A stretch of 51,968 nt of DNA from an uncultured Porphyromonadaceae bacterium. Its GTDB lineage: Bacteria; Bacteroidota; Bacteroidia; Bacteroidales; Muribaculaceae. Within the stretch, counting starts at the first letter, position 1, and each line of letters opens with the position of its first letter. Positions 27,638-37,700 of this stretch are shown piece after piece. The notes beneath the pieces are model-generated. The model saw nothing but the letters and a program-made list of their open reading frames with translations. It did no database searches and was not told the origin of the DNA. Made by a program: the position numbers and the translations under genes. The stretch lies in the NCBI GenBank assembly GCA_947176585.1, contig CAMWRI010000001.1, positions 1-51,968 of the forward strand, read 5' to 3'.

Positions 27638-29599
27638 TTACCAGCCAGGGTTCTGCTCATAGCCTTCGTAAAGCTGTGTTTCTTCACGCTTGAGCGGGAA
27701 CCAGTAGTGCTTGGCGGTGAAGGGACGCACCAGCAGCACGCGCTCCTCGAGCTCGGCGATGCGGGCCTCGGAGGGATCGTTCTCCTTGAGCCATTCGATG
27801 CTCTCCACGCGCTTGAACTCGTGGGCGGTCTTCTTCGTGTACTTGGGCTCGGTCAGGAGCAGCCAGCGCTGAAGGTCGTTGAAGCGAAGACCTTCGAATG
27901 CCAGCTCTACGGCACGCTCGCGGCGAACTTCGTCGATGAACATGTTGCGGTTGGCCGTGTATTTGGCTGCCACGTGTCCTGCGCCGCAGCGGTCGCGCAC
28001 CACGTTGATGGCTTCCTCGGCGGTCTTGGAGAAGTTCGTGCTCTTGCCGCTGGCACCGCCCACTACGCCTGCTGCCTCGGCATACATCAGGTAGATGTCG
28101 GCCAGACGCATGTAGGGGATATCGGCGTTGGGGTTATCGCCCCAGCCCCAGCCCACCTGGTCAACCTTGTTGGAGTTGTGGGGCACGAGCTTGTTCATGA
28201 GATAGCCGGTGGAGCTGGCGGTTGTCTCCTTGCGGAATGCGCCGCCGGTGTAGAGGGGGCTGTACTTTTCGTCGTCGCTGCCTGCACCCACCACAAACAT
28301 ACATCCGTCGTAGATGATATCGTGGTAGAAGCGGGGATCGCGGTCCTTGTAGGGATGGGTGGGATCGTAGCCGCTGTCGGGGTCGTCGATAGGCATGCCG
28401 TTGGCCATACCGTAGTATTCTACGTAGTTGGCCGTGGGATGGTGCACCTGGTTGTCGCGGCCTTCAAGTTCGTTGGGGCCGAACGTGGTGAGGTAGTTGT
28501 AGCAGATGAACGAGTTGGGGCCACCGTTTGCCCAGGCGATGTTGGGAGCGCGGAAGATGGATTCCTTGGCTCCGGGCACACGACCCTGGTTGCGCACGCT
28601 CAGGAAGATGTCGCTGAAGCAGTCTTCTGCTCCTTCGTTCTTTTGGTGGTCATATACGTTGGCATAATCCCAGCTTGCGAGCTTGTAGAGGGTCTGGCCG
28701 GCTTCAACAAGGCTCAGGAGCTCGCCGAAGGCGCTGGCAGCCTTCTCGCAGTAGGCGTTGTCGTAGTCGTAGGTGTGGGTGCCGCCGGTCTGTGCGCCGT
28801 TCACCATCAGGGGCGAGCCGGCCCAGAGCAGGCACTTGCCCAGGTAGCCGAGAGCCATGACCTTGTTGATACGGAAGTCGTTGTGACCAATGGTCTTGCG
28901 GCCAACGGTGGTCTGGTCCCAGTCGAGGGGCAGGAGGTCGGCTGCGGTGCGGAAGTCTTCGGCGCAGCGGTCGGCGCACTCCTGGAAGCTCAGGCGGGGC
29001 TCAGTGGGGCTCTCGCTTGCGGGAATGGTGTGGTCGAGATAGGGCAGGCCACCGAGGAACTGCATCATCTCGAAGTGCCACCATGCGCGGAAGAAGTGCA
29101 TCTGGCCCTTCAGGAGCTGACGCTCTTCGGCAGTACCTACCATATTGTCGAGGTTCTCGAGGCCCATGTTGCACTTGCGTATGCAGTACCATGCGTGGGC
29201 ATAGAGAGCGTGGTCGGCGGTGTTGTTGCTGCGGGGGTTCACGCTGCCTTTGTCAAACCAGAAACCGGCCTGACCCAGCGAGCCGCCCTGCCACTTCCAG
29301 AAGTCGCCCAGGTCCACCTGGTGAAGCATGTGCCAGTTGGCGTCGGGCACGTTGTACTCGTCTTCGCCCAGATTCCAGGTTTGGGTCCAGTAGTGGATGT
29401 TCTTGTTTGGAACACAGTTGTAGACTTCATCGAGGAAGCCCTGGAAATTCTTATAGTCCTTGAAGGCGTCTTCGGCGTTGACTGTGGAATCGGGGTCCTT
29501 TTCCAGATAGTCTTCGCACGAGGTCAGAGCCATCGTGGAAGCCACCGCGATGAATGCGCCTGCGAGGAATTTTGATATATTCATTTTCATTGCTTTCAT
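27638..29599 (-). CDS. susD: SusD/RagB lipoprotein (first pair)
   Basis: Lipobox TSC-EDYL; GQMHFFRAW, RDPRF, MRLADIYLMYAEA, ERAVELAFEGLRFNDLQRW, QNPGW. Confidence 0.94.
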   Translation of the reverse strand: MKAMKMNISKFLAGAFIAVASTMALTSCEDYLEKDPDSTVNAEDAFKDYKNFQGFLDEVYNCVPNKNIHYWTQTWNLGEDEYNVPDANWHMLHQVDLGDFWKWQGGSLGQAGFWFDKGSVNPRSNNTADHALYAHAWYCIRKCNMGLENLDNMVGTAEERQLLKGQMHFFRAWWHFEMMQFLGGLPYLDHTIPASESPTEPRLSFQECADRCAEDFRTAADLLPLDWDQTTVGRKTIGHNDFRINKVMALGYLGKCLLWAGSPLMVNGAQTGGTHTYDYDNAYCEKAASAFGELLSLVEAGQTLYKLASWDYANVYDHQKNEGAEDCFSDIFLSVRNQGRVPGAKESIFRAPNIAWANGGPNSFICYNYLTTFGPNELEGRDNQVHHPTANYVEYYGMANGMPIDDPDSGYDPTHPYKDRDPRFYHDIIYDGCMFVVGAGSDDEKYSPLYTGGAFRKETTASSTGYLMNKLVPHNSNKVDQVGWGWGDNPNADIPYMRLADIYLMYAEAAGVVGGASGKSTNFSKTAEEAINVVRDRCGAGHVAAKYTANRNMFIDEVRRERAVELAFEGLRFNDLQRWLLLTEPKYTKKTAHEFKRVESIEWLKENDPSEARIAELEERVLLVRPFTAKHYWFPLKREETQLYEGYEQNPGW

Positions 29600-29605
29600 G
29601 TGATA

Positions 29606-32600
29606 TTAGAGAGTGAACTTCACACCGATGTTGAAGCGGCGGGCAGTCGGGTAGGCCGATGCCTGATAGCCGTGGTCGGATTCGCGGTCGTCCGGGAGAC
29701 GGCTCCAGAGCCAGAGGTTGTTGCCGTTCAGATAAACCTTGAGGTTGCTCATGCCCAGCTTCTTGATCCAGCCGCCGGTCCATGTGTAGGCAACTTCCAC
29801 GTTCTTCAGACGCACGTAGGAACCGTCGTAGAGCGACTGAGTGCCTTTGTAGGCGCCGTTGGGCGTGGAGAGGTAGCGGGGAATCATCATCTCGCCGTCG
29901 CCGGTTTCTGCGCTCCACCATTCACGCTCGTTGAACACGTTGTGCAGGCGATAGGTGAAGCAGGGAAGGTCGAGGTAGCGGGTCACGTTCGTCACGCCGT
30001 AGAACTGGGCGAATACGCTGAAGCCTTTCCACTCGAAGCCCACGGTGGCGTTGTAGGTGTTCTGCGGGGTGGTGGTGTAGCCGATAGGAGCGGAGTCGTT
30101 GCTGTCCACGACGCCGTCGCCGTTGAAGTCTACGATATAGTAGTCGCCGGGAAGGCGCTGATCCTGGTTGGTGTCGAATGCGGGAGCACCGTAGATCATG
30201 TCGTAGTTGCTCAGGAAGCCTGCATCGATATAGCTGTGGGCCTGGCCGATGGCGTAGCCTGCTTGCTTCTGATAGTCGGGCTTGAGCTGGGGGTCATCCT
30301 TGTTGATGATCTTGTTGGCGGCATGGGTCATGTTGAAGTTGGCCCACACGCGCATGTCCTTGTTGATGGGGTAGTTGAAGCGCAGTTCGATTTCATAACC
30401 CTTCGACTCTGCCGATCCGAGGTTGGCCCAGGGAGCATCGCCGCCGAAGTAGCTGGGAATGGCGCGCTCGCTGCCGCGGATAAGAATGTCGTTACGCTTG
30501 TCCTTGAAGATTTCGACAGATCCGGCGAACATGTCGTTCAGGAAGCCATAGTCGATACCGAAGTTGAACTTCTTCACCTTTTCCCAGTGTGCGTCGGGGT
30601 TACCCATCACGAGCTGGTAGTAGTAGTTGTAGGGGGTGGTGTTGCCGGGGCGGCCGGAGCCGTCCACAACGGCTGCTGCTGCGCTGCCGTTCCACGAGCC
30701 GTAGCCCCACTGATCCATGAACATCCAGCGGTCGCCGCTGTCGTCACCGATTTCACCGTAGGAGGCGCGGAGCTTCAGGTTGTTGATGTAGGGGGTAAGG
30801 GCCTTGAAGAAGGGCTCGCCCGAAATACGCCAGCCGATAGCGCCGGAGTTGAAGAAACCGAAGCGGTAGCCTTTACCGAACTTTTCGGAACCGTTGTAGG
30901 CACCGTTATATTCGATCAGGTAGCGGCCGTCGAAGTCGTAGGTGGTACGGAACACCCAGTCCTCGCGGTAGCGGGGGATTTCGCTGCCGTAGGCATCCTC
31001 CTGGCGGGTCCATACACCGGTCACGCCCACGTTGTGGAGCTTGTTGAAGGTGCGGTTCCAGTTGAGCTGCAGCTGATAGTTCACGTGGCGCTGTGTCTTC
31101 CAGTTGATCACTTCGCCGCCGTTGGTGCTCAGGTTGTCCATCGGGCGGTAGTCAAACTTGGTGTTGCCGTCCAGAAGGTTCTTGTAGCTTACTTCGCCGG
31201 TCACGGGGTCGATCCACTTGTTCTGGTAGCCGGAGTAGTTGTCCTGCACGCCGCGCTTAGCGTCGTAGAAGAGGTTGTCCCACGAGATCATGCCGCGGAA
31301 GTTCAGGCCCTTGGTGATGAAGTCGAGCTTCTGCTCCAGCACGAAGTCGGTGTTGATTCGGGTGTTCATGGTGTTCATGTAGCCCGAGGTGAGGATCTGG
31401 CTTACGGAGTTGCCCACCTGCGATGCGAATTCGGGGTAGTAGCCCAGCGAACCGTCGCTGTAGATAGGCATGAACTGGTCGGGAGCGGCGCTGTACACAC
31501 CGGCCCAGATCTGGGCTGCGTTCCAGTCCACGTTGTATTCGCCGCTGCCGCTGAACGGGGTCTTGCGTACGCCGTTGCTGCCGGCCACGTTCACCTTGAA
31601 GGTGGTGGTGGGAGTCAGCGAGAAGTCGAGGTTGGAGCGTACGTTCAGGCGGTTGTAGGCAAAGCCGTTCACGAAGCCGCGGCCGGGGTTCTGCTCGCGG
31701 AAGAGGTCACCCTCGCTCACGAAGTCGACGGCTGCGTAGTAGCGCACGAACTTTGTACCACCGGAGATGTTCACGTAGGCGTTGTAGCTCATTGCTGCGT
31801 CCTTGAACAGTTCGTTCTTCCAGTCCACGTTGGGGTAGCGCTCGATATCCTCGAGGCTGGTGCGGTAGCGGTACATGTTGCGTTGCGACTGGGGCACGAG
31901 GTAGTTCCACGACGTGGGGTTCAGGGCAAGCTCGTGCTCGATGGCGCGGTTGGTCATGCCGATTGCGTCGTAGGCGTCGTACTTGTCGGGAAGGCGGGAG
32001 ATCGTCTTCATGGTGGCGGTGAAGCCCACATCGATCTTAGCACGGCCTTCGGTACCGCGCTTGGTGGTGATGAGAATTACGCCGTTGGCGCCCTTCACAC
32101 CGTACACAGCCGTTGCGGATGCGTCTTTAAGGGCCGAGATGGTCTCAACGGAGCTCATATCAACGGAGCTCATCGGACGCTCGATACCGTCCACGAGCAC
32201 AAGAGGAGAGGAGCCGTTCCACGAGGAAGCGCCGCGGATGGTGATCTCGGGCTCTTCGTCGCCGGGCATACCGGAGCTCTGTGTGGTCACGACGCCGGGC
32301 ATGTTACCGGTGAGGGCGGCGCCGATGTCGTGCACACCGGCTGCGCGAGCCAGCACTTCGCCGGTGGTCTGCGTGATAGCACCCACAACGGAGGCTTTCT
32401 TCTGCGCGCCGTAGCCCACAACCACCACTTCTTCGAGGGCATTGCTGTTGGGCTTGAGAGTAACGTCGATAGATTTGCGGCCGTTTACGCGGATGTCCTG
32501 TGTCTCCATGCCCACATAGCTGAACGTGAGAGTGGCAGCCTTCGTGTCGGCCACCTGGATGGCGTAGTTGCCGTCGATGTCGGTGGTCACGCCCGTTTTG

Positions 32601-32755
32601 CTGCCTTTAAGAGCAACACTGACGCCGATCAGGGGTTCGCCCGTATCGTCGACCACAGTGCCGGTCACTGTCTCGGCATGTGCGGCAAAGCCTCCGCACA
32701 CCATGAGCAGTGTGAGCACCGAAATGCATCGAAAGAATTTCTTTACATTTTTCAT
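29606..32755 (-). CDS. susC: SusC/RagA TonB-dependent transporter (first pair)
   Basis: VTGTVVDDTGEPLIGVSV N-domain, LEEVVVVGYG, LKDASATAVYGVKGANGVILITTKRG, terminal GVKFTL. Confidence 0.96.
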   Translation of the reverse strand: MKNVKKFFRCISVLTLLMVCGGFAAHAETVTGTVVDDTGEPLIGVSVALKGSKTGVTTDIDGNYAIQVADTKAATLTFSYVGMETQDIRVNGRKSIDVTLKPNSNALEEVVVVGYGAQKKASVVGAITQTTGEVLARAAGVHDIGAALTGNMPGVVTTQSSGMPGDEEPEITIRGASSWNGSSPLVLVDGIERPMSSVDMSSVETISALKDASATAVYGVKGANGVILITTKRGTEGRAKIDVGFTATMKTISRLPDKYDAYDAIGMTNRAIEHELALNPTSWNYLVPQSQRNMYRYRTSLEDIERYPNVDWKNELFKDAAMSYNAYVNISGGTKFVRYYAAVDFVSEGDLFREQNPGRGFVNGFAYNRLNVRSNLDFSLTPTTTFKVNVAGSNGVRKTPFSGSGEYNVDWNAAQIWAGVYSAAPDQFMPIYSDGSLGYYPEFASQVGNSVSQILTSGYMNTMNTRINTDFVLEQKLDFITKGLNFRGMISWDNLFYDAKRGVQDNYSGYQNKWIDPVTGEVSYKNLLDGNTKFDYRPMDNLSTNGGEVINWKTQRHVNYQLQLNWNRTFNKLHNVGVTGVWTRQEDAYGSEIPRYREDWVFRTTYDFDGRYLIEYNGAYNGSEKFGKGYRFGFFNSGAIGWRISGEPFFKALTPYINNLKLRASYGEIGDDSGDRWMFMDQWGYGSWNGSAAAAVVDGSGRPGNTTPYNYYYQLVMGNPDAHWEKVKKFNFGIDYGFLNDMFAGSVEIFKDKRNDILIRGSERAIPSYFGGDAPWANLGSAESKGYEIELRFNYPINKDMRVWANFNMTHAANKIINKDDPQLKPDYQKQAGYAIGQAHSYIDAGFLSNYDMIYGAPAFDTNQDQRLPGDYYIVDFNGDGVVDSNDSAPIGYTTTPQNTYNATVGFEWKGFSVFAQFYGVTNVTRYLDLPCFTYRLHNVFNEREWWSAETGDGEMMIPRYLSTPNGAYKGTQSLYDGSYVRLKNVEVAYTWTGGWIKKLGMSNLKVYLNGNNLWLWSRLPDDRESDHGYQASAYPTARRFNIGVKFTL

Positions 32756-32906
32756 GTGTTAGTAATTGGTTTGGTTCAGGTTATTTGCTTTTGTTTTTCT
32801 TCCAAAGGTTATTGGAGAGAGATGATTGGATTGATTGGTACTTTGATTTTTTTGTTTTTTGATGGTGTTTAGTGTGTCTCCTTTTAATTAAATTAATGTA
32901 TTATGT

Positions 32907-34613
32907 TTATTTTCTCTTGTTCGTAGCGTAGGGGCCCACGGTGGTGCCGGTGAAGCCGCCGGCTGCAGCCGTGGAGGTGTGGCGTGCATCCACGCCGTCG
33001 GCCACTGTGGTGAAGCTCTTACCGCCGTCGGCCGAGAAGGCGAATGCGAAGGCGGGGCCGTTGCCGCTCACCTTGAGGTCAACGGTCTGTGCGGCTGGCG
33101 CGGCCACTTCTGCGAGGGTCTCGGTGCCTTCGGGGGTCACTTTGTCGAGGAAGATCACGTCGGCGCCGTTCTCGTCGAGGCCGCGGCCCAGGAAGTACTG
33201 GTGGTCTTCGTTCTTGAAGAGCAGCACGCCGGCTGCGCGGTCTGCGGTGTCGGGCACGAAAGTCATCGTGGTTGTGGCGTCGAAGTCGTGGTGCTGGATG
33301 CGGCGGGCCACAAAGGCGGGGGTGGCCTTCTCGCGTGTGGTCACGTCGCTGCACTGGAGCGCAAGGTGGCCGGGCACGGTTTCGAGCGAATATAATTCAG
33401 TAGCGGGCGCGCGTAAGGTCATCCACTCTTGGGCGAGCGCGGTGCTGTCGAAGTCGTCTTTCACGGCAAAGTTGCCGAAGGTGCGTGTGCTCTCGTCGAT
33501 CTTCACGCCGCGCGAGCCGGTGAGAGCCACGGGCTGCATGTCGGGGTTGATCACAGGCCAGCCGTCCTCGGTCCATTCCACCGGCAGCATGAAAGTCTCG
33601 CGGCCCAGGTTCTCGAAGCCCTGCTCGTTGGGACGGCAGGCCAGAAACACTGCCATCCAGTCGCCTTCGGTGGTGGGCAGGAAGTCGGCGTGGCCTGCGC
33701 AGGTGATGGGATTCTCGCGGTCGGCGGGCAGATTGCGCTGCGTCAGAATAGGATTCTTCTCGTAGGGGGTGAAGGGTCCGAAAGGCGAGGGACCGCGGTA
33801 GATCACCTCGCTGTGCCAGTCGCCCGTGCCGCCCTCGGCGGTCATCAGGTAGTATTCGCCGTTGATTTTGTAGATGTGCGGACCTTCGCACCAGATGGGT
33901 TTGTCCTGAGGGCGCCAGCCTTTGTTTACCACGATGCGGCGCTCGCCCACGCATTTGTCCGTTGCGGTGTCGAACTCAACGACGCGCACGGTGCGGTGTC
34001 CGGGGTATTCGGGTTTGTAGTCGGGGGCATCGTCGTTGTTCACGATGTAGGCCTTGCCGTCTTCGTCGAAGAAAAACGCGGGGTCGATACCCTGCACTTC
34101 GGGCAGGTGGATGGGATCACTCCACTCGCCGCTGAAGGGATCGGTGGTCTTCACGAAGAAGTTGCCGGCACCCACGTTGGTGGTTATCATGTAGTAGGTC
34201 TGGTTGGCGGGATTATAGGCGATGTCGGGGGCGAAGATGCCGCCGCTGATGTGCTGGCCCTGGAAGTTCTCGAGCTGAGAAGGGCGGTTGAGCACGTGGC
34301 CGATCTGGCGCCAGTTCACCATGTCGCGGCTGTGGAAGATGGGCACGCCGGGGTAGTAGCAGAACGTGGAGGTTACCAGGAAGTAGTCGCCCTTGCCGTT
34401 GGTGCACAGCGAGGGGTCGGAATACCATCCGGGCAGCAGGGGGTTGGTCCATGTGGTGTTGTCGGTCTCGAGTGTGGTGTAGATGCTGTCGTGTCCGTCG
34501 TAGGCAAAAGTGTCGAACAGCGCCGTGCCGGGTATCGCCTCGGGTGCTTTAGTCGAGGCGTTGCAGGCACACATTGCGGCTGCCAGAGTAGCTATTGCAA
34601 GGGCGTTTTTCAT
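32907..34613 (-). CDS. GH43 beta-xylosidase/alpha-arabinofuranosidase with C-terminal beta-sandwich (lipoprotein)
   Basis: Possible lipobox MCAC; NPLLPGWYSDPS, IFAPDI, GIDP, EGPHIY, GHAD, GRET, GGFTG. Confidence 0.92.
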   Translation of the reverse strand: MKNALAIATLAAAMCACNASTKAPEAIPGTALFDTFAYDGHDSIYTTLETDNTTWTNPLLPGWYSDPSLCTNGKGDYFLVTSTFCYYPGVPIFHSRDMVNWRQIGHVLNRPSQLENFQGQHISGGIFAPDIAYNPANQTYYMITTNVGAGNFFVKTTDPFSGEWSDPIHLPEVQGIDPAFFFDEDGKAYIVNNDDAPDYKPEYPGHRTVRVVEFDTATDKCVGERRIVVNKGWRPQDKPIWCEGPHIYKINGEYYLMTAEGGTGDWHSEVIYRGPSPFGPFTPYEKNPILTQRNLPADRENPITCAGHADFLPTTEGDWMAVFLACRPNEQGFENLGRETFMLPVEWTEDGWPVINPDMQPVALTGSRGVKIDESTRTFGNFAVKDDFDSTALAQEWMTLRAPATELYSLETVPGHLALQCSDVTTREKATPAFVARRIQHHDFDATTTMTFVPDTADRAAGVLLFKNEDHQYFLGRGLDENGADVIFLDKVTPEGTETLAEVAAPAAQTVDLKVSGNGPAFAFAFSADGGKSFTTVADGVDARHTSTAAAGGFTGTTVGPYATNKRK

Positions 34614-34655
34614 CGTGTTTTTCCGGTGTAGTTTTGTTAGAAGTTAATTTTTATG

Positions 34656-34786
34656 CAAAATTAGTCATGCGAAACAATTTTTAATATTTTGGCGGTAACG
34701 CATATTTTAAGGCGTGTAACATTATAGTCCGATTTGATTCAATGCTTATTTCTCGATGTTACATTTATATTTTGCGGCGTAACACT
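34656..34786 (-). promoter_or_regulatory. HTCS-dependent promoter of the GH43-sus operon
   Basis: TAATTTTG at 34663-34656; GTWAC half-sites at 34695, 34716, 34758 and 34779, all in 21-bp phase. Confidence 0.75.
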
Positions 34787-37700
34787 AAAGTTGATTCTCA
34801 GCTTCTTGCATTTTGGACACCTCTCCTTTGGCGTATTCGCCCGGTGTGACGCCGTAGAGGCGCTTGAAAGAGGTGGTGAAACTGCCGGCGTTGCTGAAGC
34901 CCGTGAGGTCGGCCACCTCGGATACGCTCAGCTTCTTCTCGGCCAGAAGGCGCGCCGCCTGGCGCAGGCGCGTGTTGCGGATGAAGTCGCGCGGCGACTG
35001 GTTGGTGAGCGCCTTCAGGCGGCGGTGGAGATGCACGCGGCTCAGGCCCACGTCGCTCGCAAGCTGTTCCACGGTCAGCTCCGGGTTGGCCATCTCGCGG
35101 TTGATCACGGCCATGATGCGGTTCATCAGCTTTTCGTCGGTGGACTGCACTTCGATGGGATCGATTTTGTCGTCGAACTCCTGATGGCCGCTGTAGCGGT
35201 TTTTGAGGCTGCGGTATCGCGTCAGCAGGCCGGCTATCTTTGTGCGCAGCACCTCGATGTTGAATGGCTTGGTGATATAGTCGTCGGCTCCGGCTTCGAT
35301 AGCTTTGATATTGTCTTCGTCGCGCGTCATGGCGGTCAGGAGCACGATAGGGATGTGGTTGAGGTTGATATTCTGCTTGATGATGCGTGTGAGGTCGAGA
35401 CCGTTGATCACGGGCATCATCACGTCGCTCAGGATCAGGTCCGGAGCATTGGCGAAAATCATATCGAGTGCTTCGCCGCCGTTGGCGCAGCTGTCCACGC
35501 GGTAGCGTCGGCCAAGTTCCTGCTCGAGGTAGCGGCGTATTTCGGCGTCGTCTTCCACAACCAGCAGATGTGCCTCGGCTGCGCGTGCAGGCATATCTTC
35601 CGGTTCTTCAAGGTCGGGCACGAGCAGCGATTTGATGTCGCTGAGCGGCTGACCCGCCGCCACGGGCTGCGAACCGGGAAACAGGGCGTCGGTATCGCGG
35701 TCGGTGGCGGTGCAGGAAGCGGCGGGTAGGGTGATGGTGAAGCGTGTGCCGCGGCCTTCGGGGTTGTCGGCCACGGTGAGGGTGCCGTTGTGCAGCGTCA
35801 CGAGCTGGTGGGTGAGGTGCAGTCCCACGCCTGTGCCGCCCGCGCTGTTGCCGTGGGCCTGATAGAATCGCTCGAATATGCGTTCCTTGTCGGCGTCGGG
35901 AATGCCTATGCCTGTATCTGTCACTGATAGTTCCACTTTGCCGTCGTTTTCGGCGAGATTGATGTCGATGCGCCCTCCCTCGGGGGTGTATTTGACGGCG
36001 TTGGAGAGCAGATTCATCAGTATCTTGTCGAAGTTGGCCGAGTCGATTGGCGCGGCAATTTCGGCGTTGTCGTAGTTGAAGTTGAGTTCGATATGCTTGT
36101 CGGCCGAAACTCTGGCGAACGTGTCGCAAAGGTCCGTCACGAACGGCACGAGCCGGGTGTCGGCAAGCTCGAGTTTCATCTGGTGCTTCTCGATTTTGCG
36201 CAGGTCCATGAGCTCGTCGATGAGGCGCAGGATGCGCTTGGCGTTGCGCAGTATCAGGCCGTATTCGCGACGGCGGCCTGAGTCGTTGTCGCTTGCGAGC
36301 AACTTTTGTAGCGGACTGATCACGAGCGACATGGGGGTGCGTATCTCGTGGGAGATGTTGACGAATGATTGCAGTCGTGCCTCGTTCAGCTGCTCGGCAT
36401 GCATGAGGTCGCGCACTTCGGCGCGCTGGCGCATACGGATGCGCCATGCGCGTGCACCCCACCACAGGAGTATCAGCACGGCTGTGGCGCTCAGTGCCTT
36501 GGTCCACGGCGATGCATACCAGGGCGCTGCAATGAAAATAGCGGCGGTGCGCACGCTTGATTCGGTGCTGCTGTCGATGCTTTTGAAAGCAAGTGTGTGG
36601 CGTCCTGGGCTCAGATTATGGAAATTCACTATGTTTGATCCGGGCGGCAGTGTTTCCCAGCTCTTACCGTCGAGTGAGTAGGCGAAGAGTACCGATAGTG
36701 GACGGCCCAGCTCGCGGGTGCCGAATTCTATCGACAGCGAGTTTTCGTCGCTTGCCAGATGGAATTCCGATGCTTCGTAGATGGAGCGGCCCGTGCGTGC
36801 GGGCGTGCCGTGCAGGTAGAGGCCGGCCAGGCGTGGCGTCCATCGGCGTCCCGGGTCTGTGATGTCGCGCGGGTTGAAGTGGGTCACGCCGCCGGGGCCG
36901 CCGAAGTAGAGGTGACCGTCGTGGTCGCGGAACACGGCGTTTTTATAAAATTCATTAGCCTGCAGTCCGTCGTCCACCAGGAAGTTGGAGAAGCTCTCCG
37001 TGGCCGGGTCGAAGCGTGTGAGCCCGGAGCTCAGACCGGCCCACACGTAGCGCCCGTCGTGGCGTAGGGCGTAGACGGTGTTGTTGCTGAGTCCGTTGGA
37101 GATGTTGTAACGCTTCGACGAACCGTCGGCGGGATGGTATCGCAGGAAGCCGTTGGTGGTGGCCAGCCATATGTCGCCATCCGGGTCTTCATCGATGGAG
37201 TATATCACGTCTTCGCGGAAAAGGGTGGTCACCTGAGGGTCGGCAAGCGACACGTTGTCGACTATCTGCAGGCCGGAGTAGGTGCCCACGTAGAGCGAAT
37301 TTGTCTTAGGCGAATAGTACAGCGAACCCACCCACGGGTCGATACGGTTCTGCCAGGAATAATCGGTGAGGCGTCCTTCGTCGAGGTTGTAGCGGAAAAG
37401 GCCGGAGTTGAGCATGCCCATCCACACGTTGTGGTCGCGGTCTTCGGTGAGCGCGAAGCAGCAGTTGGCGGGTCTGTCGGTCACACCCGTGAAATCTATA
37501 TGGCGCGTGGTGCCCGTCTTGCGGTCCACCATGCCCGCGCCGTGCAGATATGTGCCCACCCACAGGTTGTGCTGGCTGTCTTCAAAGATACACATAGGCA
37601 CGTTGATGTCTTTGTTCGAGAGGTGGGCGCTCTGTTCCAGCGTGGGGGTGAGGGCGTAGATTCCGTCGTTGTCCACTCCCACCCAAAGCGTGCCGGTGTG

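Noticed and set aside
22970-32755. Tandem susC/susD pairs, with the second SusC lacking its N-terminal domain, as a novelty
   Set aside because: Matches the established core xylan-utilisation cluster layout of Prevotella and Bacteroides.
19376-32872. Very long + strand ORFs (1173, 447, 885, 622 and 1090 aa) antisense to the sus/GH10 genes
   Set aside because: They are codon-register mirrors of genes with strong G/C third-position bias, which suppresses antisense stops. The translations are V/G/A/H-rich and show no recognisable motifs.
32756-32906. Separate promoter, invertible element or antisense sRNA upstream of susC
   Set aside because: No exact TAnnTTTG on either strand, no GTTAC pair, and only a 5-bp hairpin (TCCAA/TTGGA). 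It looks like an A/C-rich unstructured spacer within the operon.
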